DNA from: Candidatus Krumholzibacteriota bacterium
GTDB lineage: Bacteria > Krumholzibacteriota > Krumholzibacteriia > JAJRXK01
Assembly: GCA_963727455.1 (NCBI GenBank)
Contig: CAVSGG010000009.1
Location: 288,001-352,000, forward strand
DNA: 64,000 nt
Direction: 5' to 3'
In this document: positions 31,482 to 41,847 of the stretch, piece after piece
Layout: every line of letters starts with the position of its first letter
How positions within the stretch are numbered: position 1 is the stretch's first letter
The notes under the pieces: generated by a model
Told to the model about the DNA's origin: nothing
The model's input: the letters and a program-made list of their open reading frames with translations, nothing else
The model's database searches: none
Made by a program: the position numbers and the translations under genes

Positions 31482-31913
31482 ATGAGCTTCGATCAGTTGC
31501 CAGCATTCAACGCATTCTTCAACGGTAGCGCGGCCGTTTTGCTCCTCTGTGCCTATGCGGCGATCCGCCGGGGCAAAGAGCGCCTTCACCGGCGCCTCAT
31601 TCTGAGCGCCGTGGCCTCGTCTATTCTCTTTTTGATCGGCTATCTGAGCTACCACTCGGTCCACGGGACCACGCGCTTCAGCTACGGCGGCGGAGTGCGG
31701 GTACTCTATTTTTCCATCCTGATCAGCCACACCATTCTGGCAGCTACTGTGATCCCGCTGGTCATCGTCACCTTGCGGCACGGTCTCAAATACAACCGGA
31801 GCCGTCATCGCAAGTGGGCGCATTTCACCTTCCCCATCTGGCTCTATGTCTCAATTACCGGAGTCATCATTTACTTCATGCTCTACCATTGGTTCCCTTC
31901 TCATGGCGCCTGA
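31482..31913 (+). CDS. DUF420 (CtaM/YozB-like) membrane protein
   Basis: LPAFNAFFN, FLIGYLSYH, ILISHTILA, HRKWAHFTFPIWLYVSITGVIIY. Confidence 0.88.
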   Translation: MSFDQLPAFNAFFNGSAAVLLLCAYAAIRRGKERLHRRLILSAVASSILFLIGYLSYHSVHGTTRFSYGGGVRVLYFSILISHTILAATVIPLVIVTLRHGLKYNRSRHRKWAHFTFPIWLYVSITGVIIYFMLYHWFPSHGA

Positions 31914-33825
31914 GGATCCAGGCAGAATCGGTCTTTTTCGAGCGTGCTTGGTGCTCACGCTCATGGTGTACGCACTCATTCTGGTGGGAGGCCTCTTGCA
32001 CATCCTGGGGGCCGCAATGAGCTGCCCCGATTGGCCGCTCTGTTACGGGGAGCTTCTCTCCACTCGCCCGGGGACGATTCTCGCCCAGACCCACCGCTAT
32101 CTGGCGGCTGCTCTCGCCCTGTTCACCCTGGCTATCGCCATTGCGATCGCGCGCCGGCCAGCTCTGGATCGGGGACTCTTGGAGCTCAGCCGCTCTGCCC
32201 TGGTGCTCGTCCTGCTGCAGGCGGCCCTGGGCGGTGTGGCCGTGATTCTGATGCTTCCCACTTTGATTTCGGTGGCCCATCTGGCACTGGGACTCGGGCT
32301 CTTCGCGCTGTGCCTCTCCATGACCTTCCGCACCCGTCCGGAGTGGATCGCGCCGCCGGCCACCGAGGTGGATTCGAGGATCACCTCGCTGCACTCCTGG
32401 GCCGATCTGGCGATCTCCGCGACCTTCGTGGAGATGCTCTTGGGAGCCTTCCTGCACCAGACCGGGGCCGGGTCCGCACTCGGACTGGGCAAGAGCGCGG
32501 CACTTCTGGGCGTGGATCCCGCCACCTCGGTCCACGTCTTTTGGCCCGACGACGCCCCGGGACGCTGGAACATGATCCATCGGCTCTCGGCACTGGTCAC
32601 CGCCACTTTGGTCGTGACCAGCGCTTGGAAGGGCCTTCGCTTCGCGCTGAGCGGGGCGGATCGTGGGAACTCCTCGCCCGGCGGGGGGGCCGACCGGGCC
32701 GGCCTCATTCTCTCGGTTTCGGCCATGGCTCTGGTGGCAACGCAGCTCTTTCTCGGTGTTTTCGGGCTGATCCACAACCTGGCCCCCCTGTGGGTCTTTC
32801 TCCATCTCGCGGTCGCGACTGCGCTCTTCGGGGTCCTCTTGGCCAACCGTCTTCACCTGGGCGCGAGCGTCTTGCCCGAGTTGGACGGACTGGACGCCGC
32901 TCTGCGATCGCCTCGCGTCGAGGGCGCAACATCGCGGGGACTCTTCGGTCAAAGCCTGCTCGACGCCTTCGTCTTGACCAAGCCGCGGCTGGCCTTCTTG
33001 GTAATCTTCACTACCGCTGCGGGAATGAAGCTGGCGCCCGGTGGGCTGCCGCTGGGTGAGGCCGCGCTGACCATCCTGTTCGTGACCCTGGTGGTTGCCG
33101 CGGGGACGACCTTGAACATGTACCAGGAACAGGAACCCGACGCCAAGATGGAACGAACCAAGGAGCGACCGCTCCCCGCAGGACGTCTGCATCCACGCGT
33201 GGCTCTGATCCAGGGCTGGGTGCTCGCGTTGAGCGGTTTGGTCGGACTCGCTCTGGTCTCCAACCTGCTTACTACAGGTTTGGCCGCGCTGTCGCTCTTC
33301 GTCTACCTCGGCCTGTACACGCCGATGAAGTCGCGCAGCGTGAGCGCGGTCTATCTGGGGGCCATCCCCGGTGCGCTTCCCATCGCGATGGGTTGGACCG
33401 CGGTGACCGGCGGTTTCGACGGGGGCGCGATCGCGCTCTTCGCGCTTCTCTTCGTCTGGCAGATTCCCCATTTCATTGCGATTTCCCTGTACCGCAAAGA
33501 GGAGTATGCCGCAGCTGGCTTCAAGATTTTTCCCCTGGTCTATGGCGAACGTGTCAGCCTGCGTCACATTTTCGGCACCAGCGTGGGGCTTGCTCTCAGC
33601 AGCCTGTTCCTGAGCCGGTTCTTGGCGCTCCACCTGGGCCTCAGCACCGAGGGTAAGGGAGGGATCTTCTATTTCGCGGTCGCCCTCTCCCTGGGCGGCT
33701 TGATCGTGGCGTCGGCGGTGCGGGGATTTTCACCCCTACGGAACGAAAACTGGGCCAGACGCTTCTTTTTCATTACACTCGTTTACCTGCCGGTTGCGCT
33801 CGGCGTCTTGCTGCTCGACTCGTGA
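31903..33825 (+). CDS. ctaB: Fusion of heme A synthase (CtaA/COX15) and protoheme IX farnesyltransferase (CtaB/CyoE)
   Basis: SCPDWPLCYG plus His helices, followed by LTKPR, DAKMERTKERPLPAG, YTPMK, WQIPHF. Confidence 0.88.
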   Translation: MAPEDPGRIGLFRACLVLTLMVYALILVGGLLHILGAAMSCPDWPLCYGELLSTRPGTILAQTHRYLAAALALFTLAIAIAIARRPALDRGLLELSRSALVLVLLQAALGGVAVILMLPTLISVAHLALGLGLFALCLSMTFRTRPEWIAPPATEVDSRITSLHSWADLAISATFVEMLLGAFLHQTGAGSALGLGKSAALLGVDPATSVHVFWPDDAPGRWNMIHRLSALVTATLVVTSAWKGLRFALSGADRGNSSPGGGADRAGLILSVSAMALVATQLFLGVFGLIHNLAPLWVFLHLAVATALFGVLLANRLHLGASVLPELDGLDAALRSPRVEGATSRGLFGQSLLDAFVLTKPRLAFLVIFTTAAGMKLAPGGLPLGEAALTILFVTLVVAAGTTLNMYQEQEPDAKMERTKERPLPAGRLHPRVALIQGWVLALSGLVGLALVSNLLTTGLAALSLFVYLGLYTPMKSRSVSAVYLGAIPGALPIAMGWTAVTGGFDGGAIALFALLFVWQIPHFIAISLYRKEEYAAAGFKIFPLVYGERVSLRHIFGTSVGLALSSLFLSRFLALHLGLSTEGKGGIFYFAVALSLGGLIVASAVRGFSPLRNENWARRFFFITLVYLPVALGVLLLDS

Positions 33826-33912
33826 GTCAAGCTGGGCTGGACCCGAAGCGGATGAAAGTGGCATGATGGGCCACGCTGGAATTTCCCCCCGATCTACGAT
33901 GAGGCCAGCCCC

Positions 33913-34362
33913 ATGACCGAACACGAAATGGAAATATTCCATGGCAGCCTGGAGCGCTGCCTGGGAGGGGACGGATTTGTCGAGAGGTTCTACGAACTGC
34001 TGTGCGACCGCTCCCCGGACATCGCCGAGAAGTTCAAAGACACGGATTTCAAGATTCAAAAGCGCAAGCTCACCTCCTCCCTCTACATGACGATGCTCTT
34101 GGACGATCAGACTCCCGAGGGCGACGTCCACTTCGAACGCATCGCTCAGCTCCACAGCCGCAATGCCCTCGACATCCGGCCCGAGTACTACACCGTCTGG
34201 ATCGAATGCCTAATCGAGGCCGCGCGCGAATACGACCGTTACTTCGATGAGGAGACGGAGAAGGCTTGGCGTCACTTGATGGCGCCGGCGATGGAATTCA
34301 TGAAAACGCGCTACCGGCGAAGCGCGGGGCCGACAGACGAGGATCTCGGGGTCGACTCGTGA
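33913..34362 (+). CDS. Single-domain globin
   Basis: FVERFYE...SPDIAEKFKDTDFKIQK...HSRNALDIRPEYY...W. Confidence 0.85.
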   Translation: MTEHEMEIFHGSLERCLGGDGFVERFYELLCDRSPDIAEKFKDTDFKIQKRKLTSSLYMTMLLDDQTPEGDVHFERIAQLHSRNALDIRPEYYTVWIECLIEAAREYDRYFDEETEKAWRHLMAPAMEFMKTRYRRSAGPTDEDLGVDS

Positions 34363-34422
34363 GTTTCTTCCGAACCCTACCAGACAACGTCCTCTTTCCC
34401 GTATGGGGGTAAAGCTGGATCC

Positions 34423-36648
34423 ATGTCCCTGCTCTCACCAAACGCGGCCGGCGGTTTCCCCGCGATAGCCTATGTTCTCGCCAAAGCGAGAGAGGCCGGG
34501 GGCCTCTTGCAGTTCGTGAAGCGGCTGCGCGGAAGAAACACCTGCAAAACCTGCGCACTGGGAATGGGTGGCCTTTCGGGGGGAATGGTCGACGAATCTG
34601 GCCACTTTCCCGCGATCTGTAAGAAGTCCGTCCAGGCGGTGGCGGGGGATCTGGCCGCCGCCATTCCCGAGGGTTTCTTCAATCGGAACTCGCTGCGCGC
34701 TCTGGCCGCGATGAGTTCGGCGGAACTCGAGAGCCTTGGCCGCCTTTCCTTTCCCATCTTGGCGCGTGCCGGTGATACCCACTATCGGCGTATCTCGTGG
34801 GAGGATGCGCTGAACCTCGCTGCACGCGCGTTCCGGCGGACTCGACCGGAGAGGACCTTCTTTTACGCCAGCGGGCGCTCCTCCAACGAAGCTGCGTTCC
34901 TCCTGCAGCTCGTGGCGCGGGCCTACGGTACCAGCAACGTCAACAACTGCTCGTACTATTGCCATCAGGCCAGTGGAGTCGCGCTCAGCAAGGTGTATGG
35001 CTCGGGAACTTCCAGCGTAGTGCTCGCTGACCTTGCGCGCACCGATCTCGCCGTGGTCATTGGTGCCAATCCGGCTTCCAATCACCCCCGTCTGATCACC
35101 CAGCTCATGCAGCTACGGCGGCGCGGGGGGCAGGTCATCGTCATCAATCCCCTAAAGGAGTTGGGACTGACGAGATTCCGCGTGCCCAGTGATCCACGCA
35201 GTCTTCTCTTCGGTTCGGAAATCGCCAGTCTTTACCTGCAGCCTCACGTGGGAAGTGACATTGCCCTGCTCAAAGCCCTGCTGAAGGGAGTGCTGGAACA
35301 AGGCGGACTCGACGAGACCTACATCGAACACTACACGAGCGGATTTGAAGCGCTGCGAGAGGACCTCGAAGAAAGCTCTTGGGGCGAACTGTACGAAGCT
35401 TGCGGGGTCGACCCTTACCAGATCGAGGGCGCCGTGCGGATGCTCTGCTCCGCGCGCAGCGGAATTCTGCTCTGGGCGATGGGACTCACCCACCATGCCT
35501 TCGGCGTGGACAACATTTTGGCCGTGGCCAATTTGGCGTTGGCGCGCGGCTGGTTGGGACGTCCGGGCTGCGGCCTCTTGCCGATTCGCGGCCACTCCAA
35601 CGTGCAGGGAGTGGGTTCGGTCGGAGTGACTCCGGCGCTGAAGCAGGCCTTCGCCGAGAAGCTGGAGGGCCTCTACGGAGTACCCACCACGCTCCCGCCG
35701 GGGATGGACACCTACGCCTGCATGGAAGCCGCACAGCGCGGAGAGATCGATGCGGCGCTGCTTTTGGGAGGAAATCTTTTTGGCGCCAATCCGGACGCGA
35801 ATTGGGCCTCTGCTGCGCTGAACAAGATCCCCTTTCTCATGCAGGTTTCCACCAAGCTGAACACGGGCCACCTGGCCGGACGCGGACGCGAGACTCTCGT
35901 GTTGCCGGCCCTGACCCGCGACGAGGAACTGCAGGCAACGAGCCAGGAAAGCATGTTCAACTTCGTGCGTCTCAGCGTGGGTGGAGAGCAATCGCCCGCA
36001 AGCGGACTGCGTGCCGCTACTCAGAGAGATCGGCCGCTGGAGAACGGGCGGGGAGCGCGGGGAGAGGTCCAGATCCTGGCTTCGCTGGCCCATCGGATTC
36101 TCCCCGAGGGGCGTTTCGATTGGAGCAAACTGAGAAACCACGAGTCGCTGCGCGAAAGCATCGCGGCGGTGGTTCCCGGCTACGAGGCGATCGCCAAGCT
36201 GGGCGTCGGGGGCGAGGAATTCCAGATCGCAGGAAGGACCTTCCATCGGCCCAGCTTCGCCACCGCGGACAAAAGAGCCCACTTCCACACGACTCCCCTG
36301 CCCCACTGGCGCCCCAAGGCCGGTCGTTTTCGCCTCATGACTCTCCGCAGCGAGGGGCAGTTCAATTCGGTGGTCTACGAGGAGGAGGACTTTTACCGCA
36401 ACTCCGCGCCGCGCAATGCCGCACTGATGGCGGCGGCAGATCTACGTCGTCTCGCGCTACGGAACGGTCAGCGAATCCGCGTAGAATCCGCCGCGGGCGG
36501 AATGGATGCCGTGGCCTGGGCAGCGGATCTGCCGGCCGGCAACATCGCCATGTACTATCCAGAAGCCAACGTACTCGTGCCCCGCAATCTCGATCCCCGC
36601 TCGCACACCCCTGCCTTCAAATCGGTCGAAGTCCGGATTCGGACTTGA
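34423..36648 (+). CDS. FdhF/YdeP family molybdopterin oxidoreductase
   Basis: CKTCALGMG, YASGRSSNEA, NNCSYYCHQAS, PIRGHSNVQG, RSEGQFNS, TPAFKS. Confidence 0.9.
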   Translation: MSLLSPNAAGGFPAIAYVLAKAREAGGLLQFVKRLRGRNTCKTCALGMGGLSGGMVDESGHFPAICKKSVQAVAGDLAAAIPEGFFNRNSLRALAAMSSAELESLGRLSFPILARAGDTHYRRISWEDALNLAARAFRRTRPERTFFYASGRSSNEAAFLLQLVARAYGTSNVNNCSYYCHQASGVALSKVYGSGTSSVVLADLARTDLAVVIGANPASNHPRLITQLMQLRRRGGQVIVINPLKELGLTRFRVPSDPRSLLFGSEIASLYLQPHVGSDIALLKALLKGVLEQGGLDETYIEHYTSGFEALREDLEESSWGELYEACGVDPYQIEGAVRMLCSARSGILLWAMGLTHHAFGVDNILAVANLALARGWLGRPGCGLLPIRGHSNVQGVGSVGVTPALKQAFAEKLEGLYGVPTTLPPGMDTYACMEAAQRGEIDAALLLGGNLFGANPDANWASAALNKIPFLMQVSTKLNTGHLAGRGRETLVLPALTRDEELQATSQESMFNFVRLSVGGEQSPASGLRAATQRDRPLENGRGARGEVQILASLAHRILPEGRFDWSKLRNHESLRESIAAVVPGYEAIAKLGVGGEEFQIAGRTFHRPSFATADKRAHFHTTPLPHWRPKAGRFRLMTLRSEGQFNSVVYEEEDFYRNSAPRNAALMAAADLRRLALRNGQRIRVESAAGGMDAVAWAADLPAGNIAMYYPEANVLVPRNLDPRSHTPAFKSVEVRIRT

Positions 36649-36664
36649 TCCTCCCCGGCCTCGT

Positions 36665-37414
36665 TCAGCTCTTCCGTTTGGCCTGATCGGCGACTGCCTT
36701 GGCTGCGGCCGCGATCGCGTCGGGATCTCCCAGATAGTAGTGCTTCAGGGGCTTCAGGTTTTCGTTTAGTTCGTAGACGAGAGGAACCCCGGTGGGGATG
36801 TTCAGGGAGACGATCTCCTCGTCGGAAACCGCATCCAAAAATTTTACCAGCGCGCGCAGACTGTTGCCGTGCGCGACAAGAAGGAGTCGCTGTCCGCTCT
36901 TCACCAGAGGCGCGATGTCCTGTTGCCACAGCGGCAAAAAACGTTTCACGGTTAGTTCTAGGCTCTCAGTGCAGGGAATCTCCTCTGGAGCGAGAGAAGC
37001 GTAGCGGCGATCGTGCCCTGGCCAACGAGGATCGCTCGTTTCGAGCGCGGGCGGCGGCGTGGCGTAGCTCCGCCGCCAGAGCATCACCTGCTCGTCGCCA
37101 TGTTTCTCGGCCGTCTCCGCCTTGTTCAGGCCCTGGAGAGCTCCGTAGTGCCGTTCGTTCAGCCGCCAGTCTCTGATCACCGGCAACCACATGCGATCCA
37201 TCTCCTCCATCACCAACCACATGGTCTTGATCGCACGCATGAGAACCGAGGTGTAGATCAAATCGAAATCGTAAGCTTCGGCCTTCATGATCCGGCCGGA
37301 TTGGATGGCCTCGTTGATCCCCTGTTCGGTGAGATCCACGTCAGTCCAGCCCGTGAAACGGTTTTCCAGATTCCAAGTGGACTGGCCATGACGCAAAAGA
37401 ACCAGCTTGTGCAT
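36665..37414 (-). CDS. gpmA: 2,3-BPG-dependent phosphoglycerate mutase
   Basis: [32 protein letters not shown]. Confidence 0.96.
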   Translation of the reverse strand: MHKLVLLRHGQSTWNLENRFTGWTDVDLTEQGINEAIQSGRIMKAEAYDFDLIYTSVLMRAIKTMWLVMEEMDRMWLPVIRDWRLNERHYGALQGLNKAETAEKHGDEQVMLWRRSYATPPPALETSDPRWPGHDRRYASLAPEEIPCTESLELTVKRFLPLWQQDIAPLVKSGQRLLLVAHGNSLRALVKFLDAVSDEEIVSLNIPTGVPLVYELNENLKPLKHYYLGDPDAIAAAAKAVADQAKRKS

Positions 37415-37611
37415 ATCGATTCCCTTCGGGAAAGGACGGCGTGATCGACTGCCCGCTGGTCACATTCTAACACCTGGGCCGCCAGGATGCACCGACTCCG
37501 GCGCTCTCAGTTGCCCTTGTGACCGGGCCGTTCGCTGAGTAGGCTTGAGCCTTAAGGGGTGAGCTGGAGCGACCTTCCCACAATTCAGCCTCTGAACTCT
37601 CGGGAGTGAAC

Positions 37612-39144
37612 ATGGCGATCGTAGTGACGGGCAAGAACCTGCGGATCGAGGACCTTGTGCGCGTGGCACGGCAGGGCGAAGCGGTCGAACTTGATTCCGA
37701 TGCCCGGCAACGGATCTCTCAATGCCGCGAATTGCTCGAACGAAAGATCGACGAGGGCGAGGTCATGTACGGGGTCAACACCGGCATCGGAGAGCTCGCC
37801 AGTGTCGCGCTCGAGCCCGAGCAGGTGCAGAAATTCCAGCGCTACCTCATCTACAACCATTCTGCGGGGATCGGTGAGCCCGCACCCTTGGAGCATGTGC
37901 GCGCCGCCATGTTGGCGCGCGTCAACGTTCACGCACACGGGAATTCCGGGTGCCGTCCCATCATCACCCAGACTTACTTGGACATGCTCAACCGCGGAGT
38001 CACCCCGGTGGTCTGCGAGAAGGGCAGCGTGGGGGCCTGCGGGGATCTCGCGCCCATGAGTCAGATCGCGCTCTCCCTGATGGGAGAGGGAGAATGCTTC
38101 TACCGGGATCATCGCATGTCCACGCGGGAGGCCATGACACAGGCCGAGATCGAAATCCCCGGTCTTCAGGCCCGTGACGGTCTGGCCGCGATCAACGGTT
38201 CCAATCTGCTCACTGCGATCTCCGCGCTGGTGGCGTACGAGGCCGAAATCTGGCTGAAACACGCGGAAATTGCCGCGGCCATGAGTCTCGATGCGCTCGG
38301 AGCAAATCTCAAACCCTACGATCGCCGCCTGCACGAGCTTCGCGGTTTTCACGGGGCGGTCGTCTCGGCCGAGAACTTGAAGCTCGTTTTGGCGGGAGGA
38401 GATCTGGCCGAAGGCGGAAAACTGAAAGTGAAGGTCCAGGATTCCTACAGCATGCGTAGCACTCCCCAAGTCATTGGCGCTGCGCGCGATCAGCTTCGCT
38501 GGACCAAAGAACAGATCGAAGTGGAGCTGAACGGGGTCGGCGATAATCCCATTTTCTTGCCCGAGGAAGATACTGTGCTCACCGGCGCCAACTTCCAGGG
38601 GACGCCAGTCTCCTTGCCGATGGAAGGCCTGGGAGCAGCCATCACCATGGTCTGCGTCCTGAGCGAGCGTCGCCTCAATCGGCTCCTCAACCCCAAATTA
38701 TCGGACGGTCTGCCTGCGTTCTTGACCAAGGGCGCGGGGATGTTCAGCGGTCTCATGCTGAGTCAATACACGGCGGACGCGCTCATCGTGGAGCAACGCA
38801 TCCTCTCCACTCCGGCTTGCACACAGAGTATCCCGGCCGCGGCCGACCAGGAGGACTTCGTGAGCATGGGAATGAACACCGCACTCAAGAGCCGACAGAT
38901 CATGGACAATGCCTACGGAGTGCTTGGCATCGAGTTGATGGCCGCCGCGCAGGCTCTGGATTTTCGCGGGTGGAAGCCGGGCCAAGGCTGTGAGGCGGCA
39001 CGGGGCGCCATCCGGAAGCAGGTCGAACATCTGGAGGAAGATCGTCCCCTCTTCAACGACCACAATGCCATGAGCAAGCTGGTGCGAAGCGGAGAAATTC
39101 TCGCCGCGGTCGAAGGAAGTGTCGGTCCCCTCGCAAGTTCTTGA
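37612..39144 (+). CDS. hutH: Aromatic amino acid (probably histidine) ammonia-lyase with Ala-Cys-Gly MIO motif
   Basis: MYGVNTGIG, GSVGACGDLAP, GLAAING, QDSYSMR, DNP, GANFQG, DQEDFVSMG. Confidence 0.8.
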   Translation: MAIVVTGKNLRIEDLVRVARQGEAVELDSDARQRISQCRELLERKIDEGEVMYGVNTGIGELASVALEPEQVQKFQRYLIYNHSAGIGEPAPLEHVRAAMLARVNVHAHGNSGCRPIITQTYLDMLNRGVTPVVCEKGSVGACGDLAPMSQIALSLMGEGECFYRDHRMSTREAMTQAEIEIPGLQARDGLAAINGSNLLTAISALVAYEAEIWLKHAEIAAAMSLDALGANLKPYDRRLHELRGFHGAVVSAENLKLVLAGGDLAEGGKLKVKVQDSYSMRSTPQVIGAARDQLRWTKEQIEVELNGVGDNPIFLPEEDTVLTGANFQGTPVSLPMEGLGAAITMVCVLSERRLNRLLNPKLSDGLPAFLTKGAGMFSGLMLSQYTADALIVEQRILSTPACTQSIPAAADQEDFVSMGMNTALKSRQIMDNAYGVLGIELMAAAQALDFRGWKPGQGCEAARGAIRKQVEHLEEDRPLFNDHNAMSKLVRSGEILAAVEGSVGPLASS

Positions 39145-39201
39145 GGGATCTTGGCAGAACCGCCCTGGGCGGAAGCGCTCGCGGCCTGGCCGAGGGAGGG
39201 C

Positions 39202-40236
39202 TCAGTAACTCGTTCCGTCCTCGCCGACTTTTCCGGCGAACTTGCGATACATCCAGCTCGAGTAGGCCATTGCGATCAACATTCCGGGGATCCACCAGTA
39301 GAGCCCCAGCTTGAGGCCCGAGAGCGGAGCGGCCGCGTTGTGAATATCGAGGCTCAATCCGGTGTCACCCAGGGCCGGAAGCACCAGGGGATAAACGCCG
39401 GCCACTACCGCACCCAGCATGCCCGCCAGATAGGCGCACGAAGCGTAGAATGCGCTCAGCTCCTTTCCACGGCGTGGAAACCAGAAAAGACCGAAGAGCC
39501 CGGCGAGCGCCAACAACGGGAAAAAGTAGCGCCAAGGCTGCGCGTTCAGGTGCTGCAGAATCACCGGCTGAATTCTAAAAGTGGCGACGGTGAGAATCAG
39601 GGTGAGAAGTAGCTGCACCGGCACGAGGATTCCAATCTTGTGCAGCGAGCGCTGCTGCATGGGACCACTCGTCTTCAGGTTCAACCAAGTGGCCCCCTGC
39701 AGCGTCAGCGCGACCACCGCGGTCACTCCCACCAGCACGGTATAGATATCCAGAACTCCCACGCTGTGACGCCCCCCCAGCCACATGGGCGCGAAGAACC
39801 TGCCGCTGGAATCCAGCGGGACGCCGCGCACGACGTTTCCCAGCGCCACTCCGAAGAACAACGCCAAGAGAAAGGAACTGAGCACGAAGATCGAGTCCCA
39901 CAGCGAACGCCAAATCGGGGCCTCGAGATGCGAGCGGAGTTCGATGGAAATTCCGCGACCCATCAAGAGCCACAACACCATGTTCAAGGGCAGATAAAAG
40001 CCGCTGAACGCGCTGGCGTAGAGTAGGGGAAAAGCGAAGTAGAGCGTTCCCCCCGCGGCCAGCAGCCACACTTCGTTGCCATCCCACACCGGCCCAATCG
40101 TGGCCAGGGCGAGACGACGCTCCTCGTCGCTTCGAGCGACGAGGCGATGCAGAATTCCCACTCCCAGATCGAAACCGTCGAGAAGCACGTACATCACGAT
40201 CATGAATGCCACAAAACAAAACCAGATCGTCTGCAA
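39202..40236 (-). CDS. cydB: Cytochrome bd oxidase subunit II
   Basis: LDGFDLGVG, GPVWDGNEVWL. Confidence 0.95.
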   Translation of the reverse strand: MQTIWFCFVAFMIVMYVLLDGFDLGVGILHRLVARSDEERRLALATIGPVWDGNEVWLLAAGGTLYFAFPLLYASAFSGFYLPLNMVLWLLMGRGISIELRSHLEAPIWRSLWDSIFVLSSFLLALFFGVALGNVVRGVPLDSSGRFFAPMWLGGRHSVGVLDIYTVLVGVTAVVALTLQGATWLNLKTSGPMQQRSLHKIGILVPVQLLLTLILTVATFRIQPVILQHLNAQPWRYFFPLLALAGLFGLFWFPRRGKELSAFYASCAYLAGMLGAVVAGVYPLVLPALGDTGLSLDIHNAAAPLSGLKLGLYWWIPGMLIAMAYSSWMYRKFAGKVGEDGTSY

Positions 40237-40250
40237 GGGAATCCTCCCGA

Positions 40251-41582
40251 TCAGTGTGAAGTTTCGCTTTCGGGACCACGCTGGATTTCACGCCACATCA
40301 ACAGGATGAAGAGGAGCGAAAGCAATGTGTACATGCCCATGAACCCCATGAGGGTGAAGATACCGTTGCCCGCCGAGACCGTATCGCTATAGCCATCTTG
40401 CGTGCGCAACAGGCCGTACACGAGCCAGGGCTGTCGTCCCAGCTCCGCGGTGAGCCATCCCGCCGTGTTGGTGATGTAGGGAAAGGGAAACAAGATCACG
40501 AGCGCCCAGAGAAAGAAGCGGCTCTGAAAGAGCTTCCCCCGCGCGAGCCAAATCATGCTCAACCCCAAGAGCAGAATGAAGATCGTGCCCAGACCCACCA
40601 TGATGTGATACGCGAAATAGAGCAGCGGAATGTTGTCCGGCCAGTCACGCTTGGGGAAGGTGGTGAGCCCCGGTACCTCCGAGCGCAGCCGGCTGGTAGT
40701 GAGGAAGCTCAGCGCCTTGGGAATCTTGATCGGATTGTCCAGGCTCTGCCGCTCCACGTCCGGTTGACCGATCAGAACCAACGGCGCGCCCGCTTCACTC
40801 TGAAAGAGACCTTCCATCGCGGCGAGAGCGGCCGGCTGATGCTTCGCCACCATCCTTGCGTGAAAATCCCCGGTGGGAAAGGCCAGGGCGATGGCCGCGA
40901 TCAGCCCGGCCGGTACCCCCACGCGCAAGAAGCGTCTAGCGACTTTGACTTCACGATCTTGCAAAAGGTAGAAGGCACCGGCCGCGCTCACGAAGATGGC
41001 GGCGGTGACGGTGGTGCCCATCATCGTGTGGAGGTACTGCCAGAGTCCCCAGGGATTCAGAAGGAACTGGCCCAAACTCGTCAGGGCCACTCCCCCGTTC
41101 GCTGTGAGCTCGAAGCCGCGTGGATACTGCATCCAGGCGTCCGTGATCACGATGAAGTAACCGGACAACCAGGATCCGACGAAGACTAATAGTGAAGCGA
41201 CCCAGTGTACGCGTGGACCGAAACGCTTTTCACCGAAGAGGAGAATTCCCAGAAAACTCGATTCCAAAAAGAACGCGAAGACGCCTTCCATGGCCAAACT
41301 CTGGCCGATCACTCCCCCTGCGAAGATGGAGAATCGAGACCAGCTGGTGCCGAACTGGAACTCCAGAGGAATGCCGGTTACGACGCCCATCGCAAAATTG
41401 ATGGCGAAAAGTCGAATCCAAAAACGCGCGGCATGGTTCCACTCTTCCTTCTGCGTCCTGATGGCCAGGCTCTTCATCAAGAAGATGAGCAGGGCCAATC
41501 CCATGGTGAGTTGCGGAAAGAGGTAGTGGTAGGTGACGGTGAACGCGAAGTGGAAACGGTGAACGGCGAGCGCAGTGTCCAT
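40251..41582 (-). CDS. cydA: Cytochrome bd oxidase subunit I (short Q-loop)
   Basis: RFHFAFTVTYHYLF, EFQFGTSW, AFFLES, AAMEG, ELGRQPW. Confidence 0.95.
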   Translation of the reverse strand: MDTALAVHRFHFAFTVTYHYLFPQLTMGLALLIFLMKSLAIRTQKEEWNHAARFWIRLFAINFAMGVVTGIPLEFQFGTSWSRFSIFAGGVIGQSLAMEGVFAFFLESSFLGILLFGEKRFGPRVHWVASLLVFVGSWLSGYFIVITDAWMQYPRGFELTANGGVALTSLGQFLLNPWGLWQYLHTMMGTTVTAAIFVSAAGAFYLLQDREVKVARRFLRVGVPAGLIAAIALAFPTGDFHARMVAKHQPAALAAMEGLFQSEAGAPLVLIGQPDVERQSLDNPIKIPKALSFLTTSRLRSEVPGLTTFPKRDWPDNIPLLYFAYHIMVGLGTIFILLLGLSMIWLARGKLFQSRFFLWALVILFPFPYITNTAGWLTAELGRQPWLVYGLLRTQDGYSDTVSAGNGIFTLMGFMGMYTLLSLLFILLMWREIQRGPESETSH

Positions 41583-41847
41583 CTTTTCGTCTGTACCTTC
41601 CTGAGAAGAGGCCAGGACTTGGAACCCGGAGCCCGTAGATACTACGGGCGAACTCAGGCTCGTCCATCCGTCCCAAGAACGTCCCTGGCGAATGTGATAC
41701 AAGGGATTGCGCTAGACAAGAACTTCCCCCGCGAATACAGCGGAGTGCGTAGGCGCGGAAGGCGCCGCTGGCTTGCGGCATCCTCGATTCGCCCTTACTC
41801 TGGGCCAGGCCGCCGCCAATCGAGGATACCCACAGGAGGAAACATCG

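Noticed and set aside
37612-39144. Lyase as ergothionase linked to egtB
   Set aside because: Characterised ergothionases lack MIO, whereas this protein keeps an MIO-compatible A-C-G-D-L motif; it is 12 kb from egtB.
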